Positions 1 through 13,900 are shown, counted from the stretch's first letter. The stretch is DNA of 64,000 nt from Eledone cirrhosa (GCA_964016885.1 OZ024742.1:297972001-298036000); one strand, 5' to 3'. Numbers and translations: made by a program. Notes: a model not told the origin generated them from the letters alone.

Positions 1-60
1 AGAAACAAAACACAAGACATGAGCAGAGTGATGTATAATTCATTTTATTATAACTGCAAA

Positions 61-250
61 GGGCGGTGGATTGGCAGTATCGGTAGAGAGTCGGACGCCA
101 TGCTTTCCAGCATAGTTACGTCCCTTTACGGTCTGAGTTCAAATCCCGTCGAGGTTAACTTTGCCTTTCATCCTTACGGGGTCGATAAAATAAAGTACCA
201 GTAATGTACTGGGTAATTGCTGGCCTTGTGCCTAAAGTAGAAACAATTAT
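61..250 (+). mobile_element. tRNA-derived SINE family 1 (short variant) with 15-bp TSD
   Basis: Pol III A-box-like TGGCAGTATCGG and B-box GAGTTCAAATC; ends GTAGAAACAATT; TSD attataactgcaaag at 47-61 and 246-260; about 20 related copies in the window. Confidence 0.9.
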
Positions 251-334
251 AACTGCAAAGTTACACCAGTGACCTGAGGTCCATTAAGCATGAAACTTTG
301 ACCCTCAAGTCAATAGTGTAGTTTATCAGCTATT

Positions 335-632
335 ATTATCATCATCATCAGCATCACCGTTTTACGTCCGTTCTTCCACGCTAGCATGGGTTAGACGGGT
401 TGTCCTGTTGTGGGCAGTGTCTGGTCGGCTGACCATGCCTTGCTCATACAGGAACTGATTTGGCTTGATTTCTACAGCTGGATGCCCTTCCTAACACAAA
501 CCTCATTTACAGTGAGTGCTGGGTGCTTTTTCGTGGTGCCTATACGTCCACTTTACAGTGTGGGCTGGGTGCTTTTTTACCGTGGCACCTCCACGACCAC
601 CTTGCGGTGGGGGGTGTGGGGGCATATTGTCT
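335..632 (-). mobile_element. 3' UTR of RTE-clade LINE (same subfamily as 49835-50620)
   Basis: Near-identical to 49845-50125; (CAT)n tail on the plus strand. Confidence 0.85.
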
Positions 633-955
633 ATTATATATATATATATATATATATACATATGTATATATATATATATATGTATGTTGGGCCTTTTAAT
701 ATTATTATTATTATCATTATCAATTATATTATATTATATTATATTATATTATATATAGTACTGTAATTCTCGCTTTATATCACCACTTGTGTTTAGTTTT
801 AGTTTTTGCATTGTACTATATTTGTAATATGGGTTCAAAATGTTATTCACTTCCGTAGCAATTTTTACTTGATAATTTTCCTATGCTTTAATGTATGTAT
901 ACTCCATATTCTTCTGAGTTTTTGGCTTGTATTGGCCGATAGTGCTTCTTATAGC

Positions 956-1007
956 TTTACTTGCCCTGATGAGTCTTTAATAGGACGAAACATTGTTGGC
1001 TAATAAA
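956..1007 (+). ncRNA. Minimal type-I hammerhead ribozyme motif in a Penelope-like terminal remnant (about 760-1155)
   Basis: gcc-CTGATGA(966-972)-gtctt/taat/aggac stem II-GAAA(987-990)-c att GTT-ggc; stem I extends as tttacttgcc/ggctaataaa; AATAAA at 1002. Confidence 0.7.
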
Positions 1008-1190
1008 GACTTTTGATGTATTGAAGGCTTCTTTGGTTTATTTTCATAATTCTTCGGCTCTGTTTAATTACATTGAGCTATATCTTTACTGTCATTTCTA
1101 TAATATGAAGAGGGTGTTTAACTCCAACACACTCTAGTATTTTAATTCTTATATTTATACATATATATATATATATATATATACATATAT

Positions 1191-1373
1191 AGTGTTTGGA
1201 AATGTAAGGAAAACACAAACAAAAGACAATTCCCCTCTTCAGTTGTCTGCTGTGGGTCTCGGATGTTTCAACACATCAAAGGCAATGATGCATCAAAATA
1301 TCTGAGACCCACAGCAGAGAACTGAAGAAGGGAATTGTCTTTTGTTTGTGTTTTCCTTACATTTCCAGACACT
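1191..1373. repeat. Inverted-repeat element within (TA)n
   Basis: Arms 1191-1268 and 1296-1373 are reverse complements; related to 14051-14237. Confidence 0.85.
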
Positions 1374-1412
1374 CTTAATTAGTAACAATATAGCACCTTG
1401 TCCCTTTTAATT

Positions 1413-1464
<52 letters not shown>

Positions 1465-1534
1465 CGGAAAAAATGAAACGAAATTTCATTTCTCACTCTT
1501 AGTACGGCTGTTACTTAAATATAAGTATGTATAC

Positions 1535-1872
1535 GTACATACATATATGTATACAGACATACAGTAGTATGTATATATATACATACATGCACATATATAT
1601 ATATGTACATATGGATTTACCGAACATTTATTATAATGCTCGGTGTGTTTGTAAACAAACATCCCGAATTAAACCGTACAGTGTTTAGCAACCATCGTTG
1701 CCCTTTTGTTCAACACTGACAAAGGAACGATGTACTAGTTTCAAGGATGTTTGTTTACAAACACACCGAGCATTATAATAAATGCTCGGTAAATCCATAC
1801 GTACATATATATATGTGTGCATGTATGTATACATATACATACTACTGTACGTCTGTATACATATGTATGTAT
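1535..1872. repeat. Long inverted repeat (about 130-bp arms, about 80-bp spacer)
   Basis: 1535-1664 versus 1745-1872 are reverse complements, including microsatellite-like flanks. Confidence 0.85.
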
Positions 1873-3821
1873 ATATCATCACCGTTTAATGTCCCTATAT
1901 ATATATATGATGGATTTCTTTAAGATTTCCATCTATACAATTTTACTCACAAAGCATTGGTAAACTCGAGGTTATAATAGAAAATATTTTCCCAAGGTGC
2001 CAGTCAGTGGGACCAAACGTGAAACCTCATGGATTGAATTTCTTAGCCACACAGTCATGTTTACACTTATATGTGATTAAATATAACACAATTGGCTTAA
2101 GTTGAAGACAGTATTCTAAAATATAAATTTATCCTCCTGTATTGTGATACATCAATCTCAAAACTAATTAAAACAATTTCTCCAGTCACTTCAATATTAC
2201 TTTTTAACATTACTTTGTATACAATAAATAAATGATAATAAGATGTCAAATATTTGATGAACATTTATCAAAACATTAGAAGAACTTTGTAAAGATCTAT
2301 ACTGATATGATTAACTGCTATTGCATTCTAAATATGGGTTAGCCCATATGTTACCTTATTTCTAATGAAATACACAACCATGTGATTCATTAATTTTGAA
2401 AATGAATAACTTGGATAAATTTAGTGACCTAGCATAACCTTCTCATTATTAAGCTAATGTTTTGAACATTGTTTAACCAACGAGATCATATCTAAAATGA
2501 AAATGGAATGTCAAATTGTGACATAAATTTATGTAATTTATTATTATTTTGTAAATAGTTTTATTAATCTGATTAAAAAACAACAAAAAAGAAGGGTAAT
2601 TGATGAGAAGAGTAGAGCTCTACAGCCTTAAGTGGACAACATATAACAGCTGCACCCCACAAACAAGATAGTGAAAACATAGTGATGGAAAACATCCAGT
2701 GATGCCAACAGCACTGACCAGTCCACCTTATGAAGCTCCTTCCTCAGATATGATGCCATCATTCTGATTTGGCAAAGAAACAGGGAAATCTGGGGAGAGA
2801 GGTTTCCAGAGGTTTCAATAGTGAAAGGTACAAAAAGGAATCAATCAGTTAATACCCAGTATTTATAAATTTTATTGATACTTGTTTTTCTGATATAGAT
2901 AAGGTTTCATCAGATTCTAGTTATTTTCTTTGTTGTCTAAACACTGCTTAACTTCTATATAACACATTTCTGAATATGCACTTAGATTTAACTATACTTT
3001 CAGGTCAAACTGACCTGTTTAAAGAAATTATTTCAACCTAACTCTGTTATCACAAAACAAAGGTTTTATAAAAATATCAATTCTTAGTTTTTAATTAACT
3101 TTCAAAATAAATTAAAAAAATTCTCATTGCAAATCCAGTGAGAAACATTGATTGCCAGCCACATTATTTATAGAAATATAAAAAAATATACTGAAACTGA
3201 AGCGAAAACCAAACCAAACAGTGAGTACTTTTTACTGTTAAGTTTGATAGGGTAGAACAGTACCTATGATTGTTTTCAGGAACCCGGGACTATTGGAAGA
3301 GAGGAAGGAAGACCTCCTCAAACTGTAAATGCAGCCTGAATGTTTACAACAGAGTAAAATCTTCTAAAGAACCCAACAGTTAAGTGGTGGTGTTAAACTG
3401 TATAAAGGAGTAAGACCACCACACAAAATTGATCCAGTGGTCAACTGCATTACCACATATACTAGTGGGGTTTTTTGTACTACTAAAAAAACAGGAAGGA
3501 ACCACAAAAGTTTATCTCATGCATGTAAATAGATAAATAGTTTATTCAGTGAAAGTAGAAATACTTAAGTATTACATCAGAATTATCACACAAACAGCTA
3601 CTTCATAGATTTAAACACCATCACCAAAGTTTTCTTATCTCTAAGTACCCCTTAAGCACAGTGACTGGTTTTAAGCATTTAGTTCAATCGTACTACAGGA
3701 AATGTTTCCCTATTATTTTACAAATTTTCTGTTTCATAAAAGTAATAATTCAATTTTAACTTCTAAACATGATTTAAATATCTTTCAAAATGTTTTTTAT
3801 TTGGCAGATTCATTAGGAGAT

Positions 3822-4115
3822 TTGGTATTGCAACATGATAATGTGACCTCTCACATAACACTTTCAATTAGAGAAATTCTGGTGAAAAACAAACATTCTT
3901 ACTCTTCCACATCCTCTCTATAGCCCAGATCTAACTTCCTGTGATTTCTACCTTTTCCTTGCATTGAAATCAAAGCTGAAAGGTCATCATTTTGGGACAG
4001 CGGAAAACATACAAAACATTGTAACCAACACGCTAAGAACACCCACAGAAAATGACTTCTGGTATTGCTACGATCAATGGAAAAAAGTTGGAACTACTGT
4101 ATGATTTCCTAAAGG
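3822..4115 (+). pseudogene. Mariner-type transposase C-terminal fragment (frameshifted)
   Basis: Translates LQHDNVTSH...[frameshift]...LPHPLYSPDLTSCDFYLF...LKSKLKGHHFGT; matches the mariner HDNA and YSPDLAP.D motifs. Confidence 0.85.
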
Positions 4116-4469
4116 TTGTACATACTAGCAAACACTCACAAAGCCATGTGACATGTGTACATATATAATTAAATAATTTAGTGGTTAGTTGTACTAATAA
4201 AAAGATCAGGAAAGAACCATAAAATTTTGCGTCATGCAAAATTCAGTTTATTCAGTGAAAGTAAAAATACTTAAGTATTACATCAGAATTATCTCACAAA
4301 CAGCTACTTCATAGATTTAAACACTATCACCAAAGTCTTCTTATCGCTAAGTACCCCTTAAGCACAGTGACTGGTTTTAAGCATTTAGTTCAATCGTACT
4401 AAGGCTAACTATACCGTGTACTACAGGAAATGTTTCCATATTATTTTACAAATTTTGTTTTCCTCTTTT

Positions 4470-4832
4470 CCTCTTCCTCCCCACCGTTTTACATCCGTTC
4501 TTCCATGCTAGCATGGGTTAGAGGGGTTGTCCTGTTGTGGTCAATGTCCAGTCGGCTGACCTTGTCTTGCTCATACGCGAACTGATTCTGGCTTGATTTC
4601 TACAGCTGGATGCCCTTCCTAACACCAACCTCATTTACAGTGAGTGCTGGGTGCTTTTTTCCCGAGGCACCTACACGTCCACTTTACAGTATGGGCTGGG
4701 TGCTTTTTTGCCATGGCACGACCACTTTGCAGTGGGAGGGGATGGGGTATTGAACTCACAACCTGTGAGAATTGAACTCACAACCTTTCAATTGTAAGCC
4801 CAATGCTCTAACCACTAAGCCATGCGCCTTCA
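4470..4832 (-). mobile_element. Chimeric retroposon: SINE family 2 head plus RTE 3' UTR
   Basis: 4770-4830 matches the SINE2 tRNA head; 4485-4745 matches the RTE 3' UTR. Confidence 0.7.
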
Positions 4833-7266
4833 TAAAGGTAATAATTTATAAAGGTAATAATTTAATTTTAACTTCTAAATGTGATTTAAATATCTTTCAA
4901 AATATTTCATATTTGGCAGATTCATTCGGAGATTAAGTACTGCACCATGATAATATGATTACTCACACAGCACTTTCAATTAGAGGGTTACAAGCGTTAT
5001 GTGGTGGTGTTAAACTGCATAAAGAATTAAGTCTACTGCACAGAATTGATTTAGTGGTCAACACTATTACCACCTATACTAGCAAGGAGTCACAAAACCG
5101 AATACTATGTGTTACAACTACTAAATGAGATTTAGATATCTTTGAAAATATTATTTCTTATTTGGTAGAGTTGTTAGAGCTTTCAATATTTCTTCTGGAT
5201 CTCTGCACTTTGAGATCAATGTCCACTTTACTTTTCATCATTTCAGAGTTGATAAAGAAAGTGGTAGTTCATACCTCATGAAGTCCTTTCTCCTTCCAGT
5301 TCTGACATCTTGGATGATCTGTTGAATCAAATAAGTGAGGGTTGAGTGGATGTTTCTGTCTGCTTGTGTCTGCATGAACACCTAATCCCTTAACAAAAAC
5401 ATGACACTTACTACCAAGCCATACTCTAATATGAGTGTCGATTGTAGTTATTGTAGAATATATTAAATCAACTTATTTCTTCATTTCTTAGCTTGTGCAA
5501 TGACTAGAATAAGCCAGTCTTATACTTTATTATTTCTAGTAATGTATATTACAAACAATTTCATATATATATAAAAAAAAACATCCATTTAGGCATTAAT
5601 TATCCACAGGTAAGAGCAATCATTTGAAAAGCAAACCCCAATAAAAACCAAGTCATTTCATAAACTTATAGTTCATTTTTTCACTATAGTTATGTAGTTA
5701 TGTTATGTAACAAATGACATGAGGTGGGATAAATGAGTGTTTTTGTAGTTATGGATCACACCTGCACAGATTTCAGCTAGTAGCCTTCTATGAGGATATA
5801 TTTTACTGGAGGTTTTGAGAATCTTAAAAATAAAGGGCTTGATTTAATGGGGAGGGGGGGGGGGCAATAAATCAGACATAGATACCATGCCAAATATGTA
5901 ATGTATGAGCAAGATGAAGCTTCTCCAATATATCTGGTCTTGGACTGCAACAACCTGTCCAACACATGCCAGTCTGGAAACTGGATGTAAAATGAGGATG
6001 GTTAAATTTTTTTGAATTTAAGTATAACTTTTTAATTCCAATTACATGAACCACTCGACTTTGATATGCAAAATTGGAGGTTTGATATGTATTCTAATTA
6101 TTTATATATGAGAGGTCCTCCAAACCTGAAATGCTCAGGTCCTGCAAGATCTAAATTCAGACCTGCCTTCAAGCTTATGTCACCATTTTCCCAGTGACAG
6201 GAGACAGAATTTTAACTCAGAACAGAGCAGCAACAAATTTCTAACAATTCTGCTAACCTGCCACCTTCAATTGGTATTTTATTTTGCAGCCCTGTAAGGA
6301 TGGAAGGTAAAGCTGATCATGGTAGGATTTGAACTTGGAGCTCAGAGAAGTTGAACACATGCCACAATGTATTGGGTAAATGCAACAAGTGTTTTGAGGC
6401 CATTTTTCCTACTAAAGCAAGATTCAGTTTTGCAGGCTCCATGACATTCATCTTATTTATCATAGGGACCTTTTTTATGTAATATCTTAATGCAGGATGC
6501 CTTTCTTGGTACCAACCTTTTTAGTTGCCTCTAAAGACACATAGTGATACCATGTACCTATTCTAAACTGCGTGGGTAAATGATTGAGCCTATTTGATTT
6601 GAAAAGGAGAAATCAAATAGAATGTCTTCCCTTGTATATCTACATAATTAAATTTCCATTTATACTATTATAATCAACATTTTTACATCTGCTTTCCATG
6701 CTGGTATGGGTTGGATAGGTATGACAGTCCAAGATTAGCCTGTTAGGGAATCACATCTCTTTCATATCTTCCTTATTTGGTATGTTATTATGGCTGAATA
6801 CCCTTCCTAACCCCAACTACTTTACAGCATGTACTGGGTATATTTTATCATGTCACCAGCACTAGGAAGGTTGTCTCATGCATACAGTCTCCAATCTCAT
6901 ACCACATATACTTCACAGTCCTAGTACTGATGTTTGTATCTTTTCTAGTATGACAAGTTACCAGTTATTATTTACTTAGTAAAGTCAATATAAAATATCA
7001 TGTAATATAAATTACAGAACAAAGATTATTCTGTGATACATTATTTTGATAAATACTTATATCTGGTTTTTGGACAATTTGATAATACTGGTGAAAATTT
7101 CAAAGTTATGAGTAAACATAGTATTCAGACATTTACATTACAGGTTAATGATAATGTGTTCCATTTCATGAACATCTGTTCCTACATCTTATATAAACAC
7201 TATTCTGTAATATTGTTGTTTAATTACACAGTTACAGTAATTTCATTCTTCAGAGCAACTTCTTAC

Positions 7267-7329
7267 AACTTTATATATTGTGGTTGTACTGTTTTCTCAG
7301 TAACATCAAACATCAGATTGTTTGTGAAA
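7267..7329 (-). CDS. Candidate exon of an unidentified minus-strand gene
   Basis: Strong acceptor cttctctctgtgttgtttgccttccag and donor GTAAGA; 63 nt; open only in phase 2 (FTNNLMFDVTEKTVQPQYIK), or terminal (LSQTI*) in phase 1. Confidence 0.3.
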
Positions 7330-7529
7330 CTGGAAGGCAAACAACACAGAGAGAAGCTAAGAGTTTTGGGATTGATATATAGAGCAAGAAAGTTAACTGA
7401 AACTAGGAGGCAGAGAGAATAAGAGAAATAGAAGAAGAAATGAGACAAATAAAACAGCAGACTGATATAATAATTACTCTGAAGTTCATTGCAAAGCTAC
7501 CTTATTGGAAGTTACCTAGACTAGACAGT

Positions 7530-9330
7530 CTGCAAAGCTTCTAACTAAAGAATGTTAGAACAATGAAGCAAGAATTGGCAAACCTATTAAATGCAAGTGT
7601 CAAGAGCGGAGGTATATTGACTAAGATTTAAACAATCCTGATCACAACGGACACATAGAGAAGGGCTGAAGTCTTCAACTACAAACCAATAACTTATCTC
7701 CTTTACTATAGAGATTATTAACAAGTATGTTTGCAGAAAATATCTACGCTCACGTAGAAGAACAAAACAAGCTGCCTAATAAAGAGAAAATGTGTTGGAA
7801 AAATTCATGAGAAACAAAAGACCAGCTGTTAATTAACAAGAGGTTAATAAAAAAAAAGCTGCAAGTAAAGAAAACTGGCTGGACAGATTAGAAGAAATCA
7901 TATAATATGGTCCCTAACAATGAAATTTTGGAGACAATCAAAATATCCAGAATTACAAATAACATTTTTGAACTAATAAAAGTAGTATTGACTGGATGGA
8001 ATACAGAGTTAACAGCACTGGGGTGGAGGGGGGGGGGGGGATTCAGAACAGTCAAAATAGATTGGAAGAGGTTCCAATGGGATAGCATATCACTTCTATT
8101 GTTTATCATTGCTCTCTCATCCTACTTTTACTACAATTGAGGAAATTAAAAGTTGGATATAATTTAGGAAAAGACCAGAAGAGAATTGACCATTTGCTGT
8201 TCATAGATGACTTGATGTTATATAGAGAACTGGAATTATTTGTCAACTCAGTGAGAGTATTTAATAGTGACATATAAAAAATGGAGTTTGGTATTTCCAA
8301 ATGGGGAATTCTTGTGATGATCAAGAGAAGCAAATACAATAAAAGTGACAGGATAAATTTATCAGATCAAAGAGACTAACACAGATGATTGATATAAATT
8401 TCTGGAGATTTGGGAAGCTGATTGTATAAAAGATGGACAAATGAAAAACAAAATCAGGAAAGAGTATCTGCAAAGAGTAAAGGAGCTATTAATATCCAAA
8501 CTTAATGGCATAAATACTATCAGTGACACTAAGAGTAGTATACAGGAATAATAAAATGGACAAAGGAAGAACTTAGAAGTTAAACAGAAAAAGAAGGAAG
8601 GTGATAACAATATACAGAGCCTTACACCCACAGTCAGATGTTGACTGCTATATTTCAACAGAAAGGAAAGAAACGAGGGCTGATAAGTGTAGAAGACTGT
8701 GAGGATAGTTGTAGTGAGCTTGAAGAAGTATGTTGCTGATAATGAAGAGGTACTTTTAATAACAGTACAAGGAGAAGAGAAACTAAGTGAAGGAAAGGAA
8801 AAAAGGGAAGTCTTGAAAACTAGAAAGGATTGATAGGAGCAGAAAAGCTTACATGGACAGTTTTTCCTAAATACTGAAGGGCATCAAGTTGAAAAGCCAT
8901 TCCAGTTGCTAACAAAGGCTGGTCTGAAGAAAGAGGCAGATTGTTTAATCTTAGCCATGCAGGATCAGGTAATCAGAATGAGATATATCAGAAGAAATAT
9001 GAATCAGGAAGACATCCCAGTTGTATGCAGAATATGAAGCAACATATTATAAAAACTGGAGACCTGACAATGTTGTCTCATTCTTATATTGGCAAATGTG
9101 TACAAAGGTTAAATTTGAACAAACAAAGAAGTGGTATGACCAAAAACGAGAATTTGTCTTGAAAACAACCATGTGAAAGTATTATGGAATATGAAGATTA
9201 AAAAAGATAAACAAATGGAGCATTCATGCCAAAGATATTGTTATACTCAATAAAGAGGAAAAAGTATGTTGGCTAATCTATGTTGCTTGCCCATTTGATA
9301 CTAGAGTGGTAGGCAAAGAAACATACAAAA
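7530..9330 (+). mobile_element. Highly decayed R4/Dong-like non-LTR retrotransposon
   Basis: Remnant motifs NYKPIT, KDQLLI, IDHLLFIDDL, GLISVED, LHGQF, VKVLWN, VACPFDTRV in order, with many stops and frameshifts. Confidence 0.8.
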
Positions 9331-9404
9331 GGTGTTAATAACTAAGGTTGTAGGAAACAGCTTGATATCTAACAATCCAAATGCTGAGAAAAGAGAAGAA
9401 AATG

Positions 9405-9785
9405 ATAATTGTTTCTACTTTTTGGCACAAAGCCAGCAATTACTCCAATGCATTACTGGTACTTTATTTTATCAACCCCATAAGGATGAAAGGCAAAGTT
9501 AATCTCGGCAGGATTTGAACTCAGACTGTAAAGAGCCATAACTATGCTGCAAAGCATGGCATCTGACTCTCTACTGATAATAATAATATTAATTGTTTAT
9601 ACATTCAGCACAAGGCTAGCAATTTGAAGGTAAAGTGTAAGTAAATCAAATCAACACCAGTGCATTACTGGTGCTTTAATTGATCAACCTCCATAAGGAT
9701 AAAAATCAAAACCAATCTCAACGAGATTTGAACTCAGGGTGTAAAGGACATAATTATATGCTGCAAAGCATGTTGTCCAATGCTG
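9405..9785 (-). mobile_element. Two tandem SINE family 1 copies
   Basis: Reverse-complement matches to 61-250. Confidence 0.8.
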
Positions 9786-11623
9786 GAGCAATGTGGGCTA
9801 TCTTTTTCTGTGCCCTCAGTCTAAATAATTCTTAAATCTAATGTCAGTTACTTTTATGTTATCCCACCATAATATTCTACACATAATATCTATAATGTAT
9901 GGCAACAGTAAAAAAAGTAGGGTAGAAAGGACTTTTTAGTCATGTCAAGTATATGACAACCTCTCTAGAATTGGTACAGTAGATGCACCCTATAGACTTT
10001 GATAAGTGTCTGGTGTTTGGAAAGGTGTCCAGCTGTATAAACCATCACAAAAAGAGTAGAGAAGACTCTCTGGACATTTCAGGTATCTGATAGTTTCTCT
10101 ATTGCTGATACCTCAATAAATGCACCTAGTACACTTGTTAAAGGGTTGATGTTTCGAAGGGCATATATCTATAGAAACCATGCCAAAAAAGGAAGAGCGG
10201 ATTCTTTAGTTTTGTGAAGGAAATAACAATCTCACTAGTGCTAGTACTATGATAAATGCGCCCTCTGTAAAACTATTGGTGTTAGGAAAGGCATCCAGCT
10301 ATAGAAAAACCATTGCAGGAAATAGAATGCATAAGCAAGATGTGGTACCTCAACCTGTCTAGTAGGACAATAACTCTGAATACATATTCTTTTGACTGCA
10401 GCAACCTGTCCAACCCATAACAGTATGGAAAACATATGGATAATGATGATGATGATGATGATGATTGTCTGTTACTGAATGGTACAGCTGAATATAATTC
10501 CTGGAAGAAGATTGGAAATGTATAAATATCTAAGATAAGTTACTGTTAATATGATTACAATTGTTCAGATTATTAACTTTATCTTTAGAAAGTCTAGCTG
10601 TAAATAAAAGACTGTCTTCACCTCTAATAATGGGGTTAATAGTAAAAAATATAATCTCATTAGAATCGATGTAATCAGTCAATTATGACAGAGATGAGGA
10701 ATTAATACTTCTCAAAATGAAGATAGTATGTTTTAACTATATATATTTTAACCTGGTGTTGATAAAATGATACCCAACAGAGGAAGATATAAAAATAGCT
10801 AATATTTATAGCACCATTTAATGATATACTCTGTCTCATAAAAGGAAATAAATTTCTCAGTATGCTTTATGTTATATAGAACAAAATAGGAGCAGGATTG
10901 GAACTACTATTAAGACCAATTAAGGAGTCATTTAGGGTCCAGACCTCAGAAGGGTATATTCACTCATGCTCTGATTGATCGATAAGATGCCAGAGCTCAT
11001 TCACTTGACGAGTGGGGTGGACCTTGTCAAATCGAACCAAGGAAACAATGTTTCCATTAGTTTTTCTATTACTGATACTATCTACCAGTCGTAACTCCTG
11101 GCAGAAGGAGCAACATGAAATAAAGTGTCTTGCTCAAATCACACAACGCATCACCTAATCGACAATCAAACTCACAACCTCACCATTGTGAATCCAACTC
11201 TCTAACCTCTAAGCCACAGTATTATAAAATTTGTTATAATAAAATATATAATTTCCTGCAACCAGTAAACAAATCAGTAAACATCTTTGCTATATAACAA
11301 CACTACAGAAATATCCAAATCAGTGCAGAAGTTTAAATGGTGTTATGACATATTATACGATATGGTGTGGTTGAGTGTGAAAAGTGAGGTGGAAAATGCA
11401 GCTTAAGTAATTCTTTTAGAATGGTCAGAGCAAGACATGTCAAAAGCTAGGTTTATCAACTTAGTAAACTGTATGTTGAAATTATTCTTTTTGGGTGAAT
11501 GAGGCACATATCTAATAGATGAGGACACATATTGCAGAGCTGGATTAAGATGATACATACACAGATGCTGGCTATAGAGATGAGTGACAAACCAACTGAC
11601 TATGTATATATTATATATCTATA

Positions 11624-11862
11624 TATAATTTGAAATTCAGTAAGACCAAGGATTAAATTTATTGTTATTTATTTACATATCTACAACCATTTCAATACAG
11701 CCATAATTATACATCAAAAGCGCCTATGTAGAGTTAATTAACTGACATTTTTTGATTTTTCTCCACTATTGGTGTAAAATTCTGGCTGTATTGAAATGTT
11801 CGTAGATGTGTAGATAAACAACAATAATTTTAATCCTTGGTCTTAATGAATTTTGAATTATA
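11624..11862. repeat. Inverted-repeat element, probable Penelope-type inverted terminus
   Basis: Arms 11624-11702 and 11784-11862; the right arm has a GAAA-tgttc half-motif; flanked by (TA)n. Confidence 0.75.
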
Positions 11863-11929
11863 AATGCTCTGCTACTATAACTATTCACTCCCGAAGAAGG
11901 AAGGATAAAAGAGGTATTATGCTTAAATC

Positions 11930-13330
11930 ATCTAACCAATGAAAATAGTGAACTAATACACTATAACCTTATATGCAGAACCGCAACGGAGAACCTCACA
12001 CAGGAAGGCCTCCAAATGTAACTGCCACCTACCGGATAAATGCTCACTGCAGAATAGATGCCTAGAATCAAATATAGTGTACCTGTGTACTATCAAATCT
12101 GGCAACCTAGCATGGCTCTACATATGTTCTACAGCTGGAGATTTCAAAAAAAGATGGTATGTGCACAGGCATTCTATAAAAAACCATAGACTTGAGAATA
12201 CAACGACACTGGCCAATAAGATCTGGCAGCTTAAGGACATCAACCAGGAATATGAGATTAGCTAGTCAAAGTTATTAAGTGCAAGGGCCTACAAAAATGG
12301 AATGTCCCACTGCGGACTATGCAACATGGAGCTACTCCATATTTTAAAATATAATAAAATGCTGCTTAACAACAAGATAGAGTGAATAATCTTCTGTAGG
12401 CACAAAGCAGCCATCAAATTCTCTAACTTCAAACCACAACTGACATGATTCGGTCCAGCAATCTTGGAATTCAGTCAAAACCACCCAGATTTAAATGTAC
12501 TAGCTTCACACCACTCCACTGTTATTAGTTGTCAACTGACCAACTGGTCATTAAATCAACATTATGAATCCCCCAACCTTTCTTTTACTCTCTCTCTATA
12601 GCTGCATCACCTCCATTAAGATAAAACAATCAGTCTACCTGACCTTAATCACCCATATATCATCACTGTCCCTTTCATTTTTTATTCACTATCTGTCTAT
12701 CTACTTCTCCCCCTCCTTAGTCCTACCTTTTATGTCTCATCCTCGAATCCTTATTATTTATTCTCTATCTCCTGTTCTTTATCTCTTTCTCTCTTATTTT
12801 TTATTTTAATCCTCTGATATTTTGTTGTTCCTCTTGCATTTTTATTTCGCCAATTCATGAACTCAATAAACTACATTTCGCCTATCATATATATTATTTC
12901 TTGTCATGTTATTATTATCATTATTGTCATCGCTATTTTACACATCTACTTATTCACGATTATAACTTCAACCACCACCTCCACTACTATTATCAGTAAC
13001 CATATTTTTTACTTATTTTTTACATTTTTTATCATTTTCCTTTTTACTTCCTTATACTTTTATTATTGTTTATTATCTTTTATTATTGGTGTTCTTGTTT
13101 TCATTCACTTGATTATCCATGTATCTATAAATACCAGTGTCATGTGTTACACCCTACAGTATTCCGATGATTTGATCAGAGACGCACACTGTATTTAAGG
13201 TCGAGTGACACAATTCTGAGTGATCAGCGGCTTTTAGACTCACCTGATCAATGAAACGATTGTTAATACTGTAAATAAAACCCTTTTTGTACAGACGCCC
13301 ATGTTATTCTTCACTCTTTCACTACTATAT
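11930..13330 (+). mobile_element. Penelope-like retroelement 3' fragment with GIY-YIG endonuclease remnant
   Basis: Translates CNCHLPDKCSLQNRCLESNIVYLCTI...LYICSTAGDFKKRWYVHRHS...TTLANKIWQLK...CGLCNME...LLNNKIE...CRHK; followed by a pyrimidine-rich tract, a hammerhead motif, AATAAA and (TA)n. Confidence 0.85.
13155..13273 (+). ncRNA. Type-I hammerhead ribozyme motif (variant core, long stem II)
   Basis: Stem I tacagtatt(13155-63)/aatactgta(13265-73) is perfect; core CCGATGA; stem II ttgatcag/ctgatcaa; GAAAC-gatt-GTT. Confidence 0.75.
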
Positions 13331-13739
13331 ATATGTATATAATATGGAATAAAACATAAATGACAGATATTGAACCATTTTCATCTGTTTAACTCTTTCA
13401 GAGCTAAAAACATTACAATATGGTTTTGGCACTCAAAGAGTTAAACATAACTTCAGACAAAGTAAAATAAAAAGGCAAACCTGATTAAAATATTTCTCAT
13501 TTTACTTTGTGCACAATTTTTTGAAATCTGCTAAAAGCAGTGAAATTCTTGTCTGGTGCAGTAAAATACTAAAATCTGCACTGACACTGAAAGAGTTGTG
13601 TTTAATAAATCAGGAAATATGAACTATGAAGTTTATAATAATATATCGTTTGAATATTTGAGAGAATTCTTAAATAATTGAAAGAAATTGATAAGTTATC
13701 TATATAATATTTATGAAAAGAATATATATATATATATAT

Positions 13740-13900
13740 AATATAGAAATGGCTTCTACAGGACTAGAACTGTTTCATTCAGGAACAATCATCAGTTCTA
13801 GTCCTGTAGAAGCCATTTCTATATTAAATATTTATACTCTGCTATGTATTGAGTACCTTACTTACTGTGGCTACCCCCAACTGAACTCGGGATAAACTTA
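13740..13900. mobile_element. Palindromic Penelope-like terminal remnant with a minus-strand hammerhead core between its arms
   Basis: Perfect 33-bp arms 13740-13772 and 13793-13825; the minus strand reads CTGATGA-ttgttcctgaat-GAAAC; the tail recurs reversed at about 38346-38420. Confidence 0.65.

Larger units (their letters stand above)
3475..4986 (+). repeat. Local tandem duplication
   Basis: About 3475-3872 is repeated at about 4185-4986; the second copy is interrupted by a retroposon at about 4460-4832. Confidence 0.85.
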
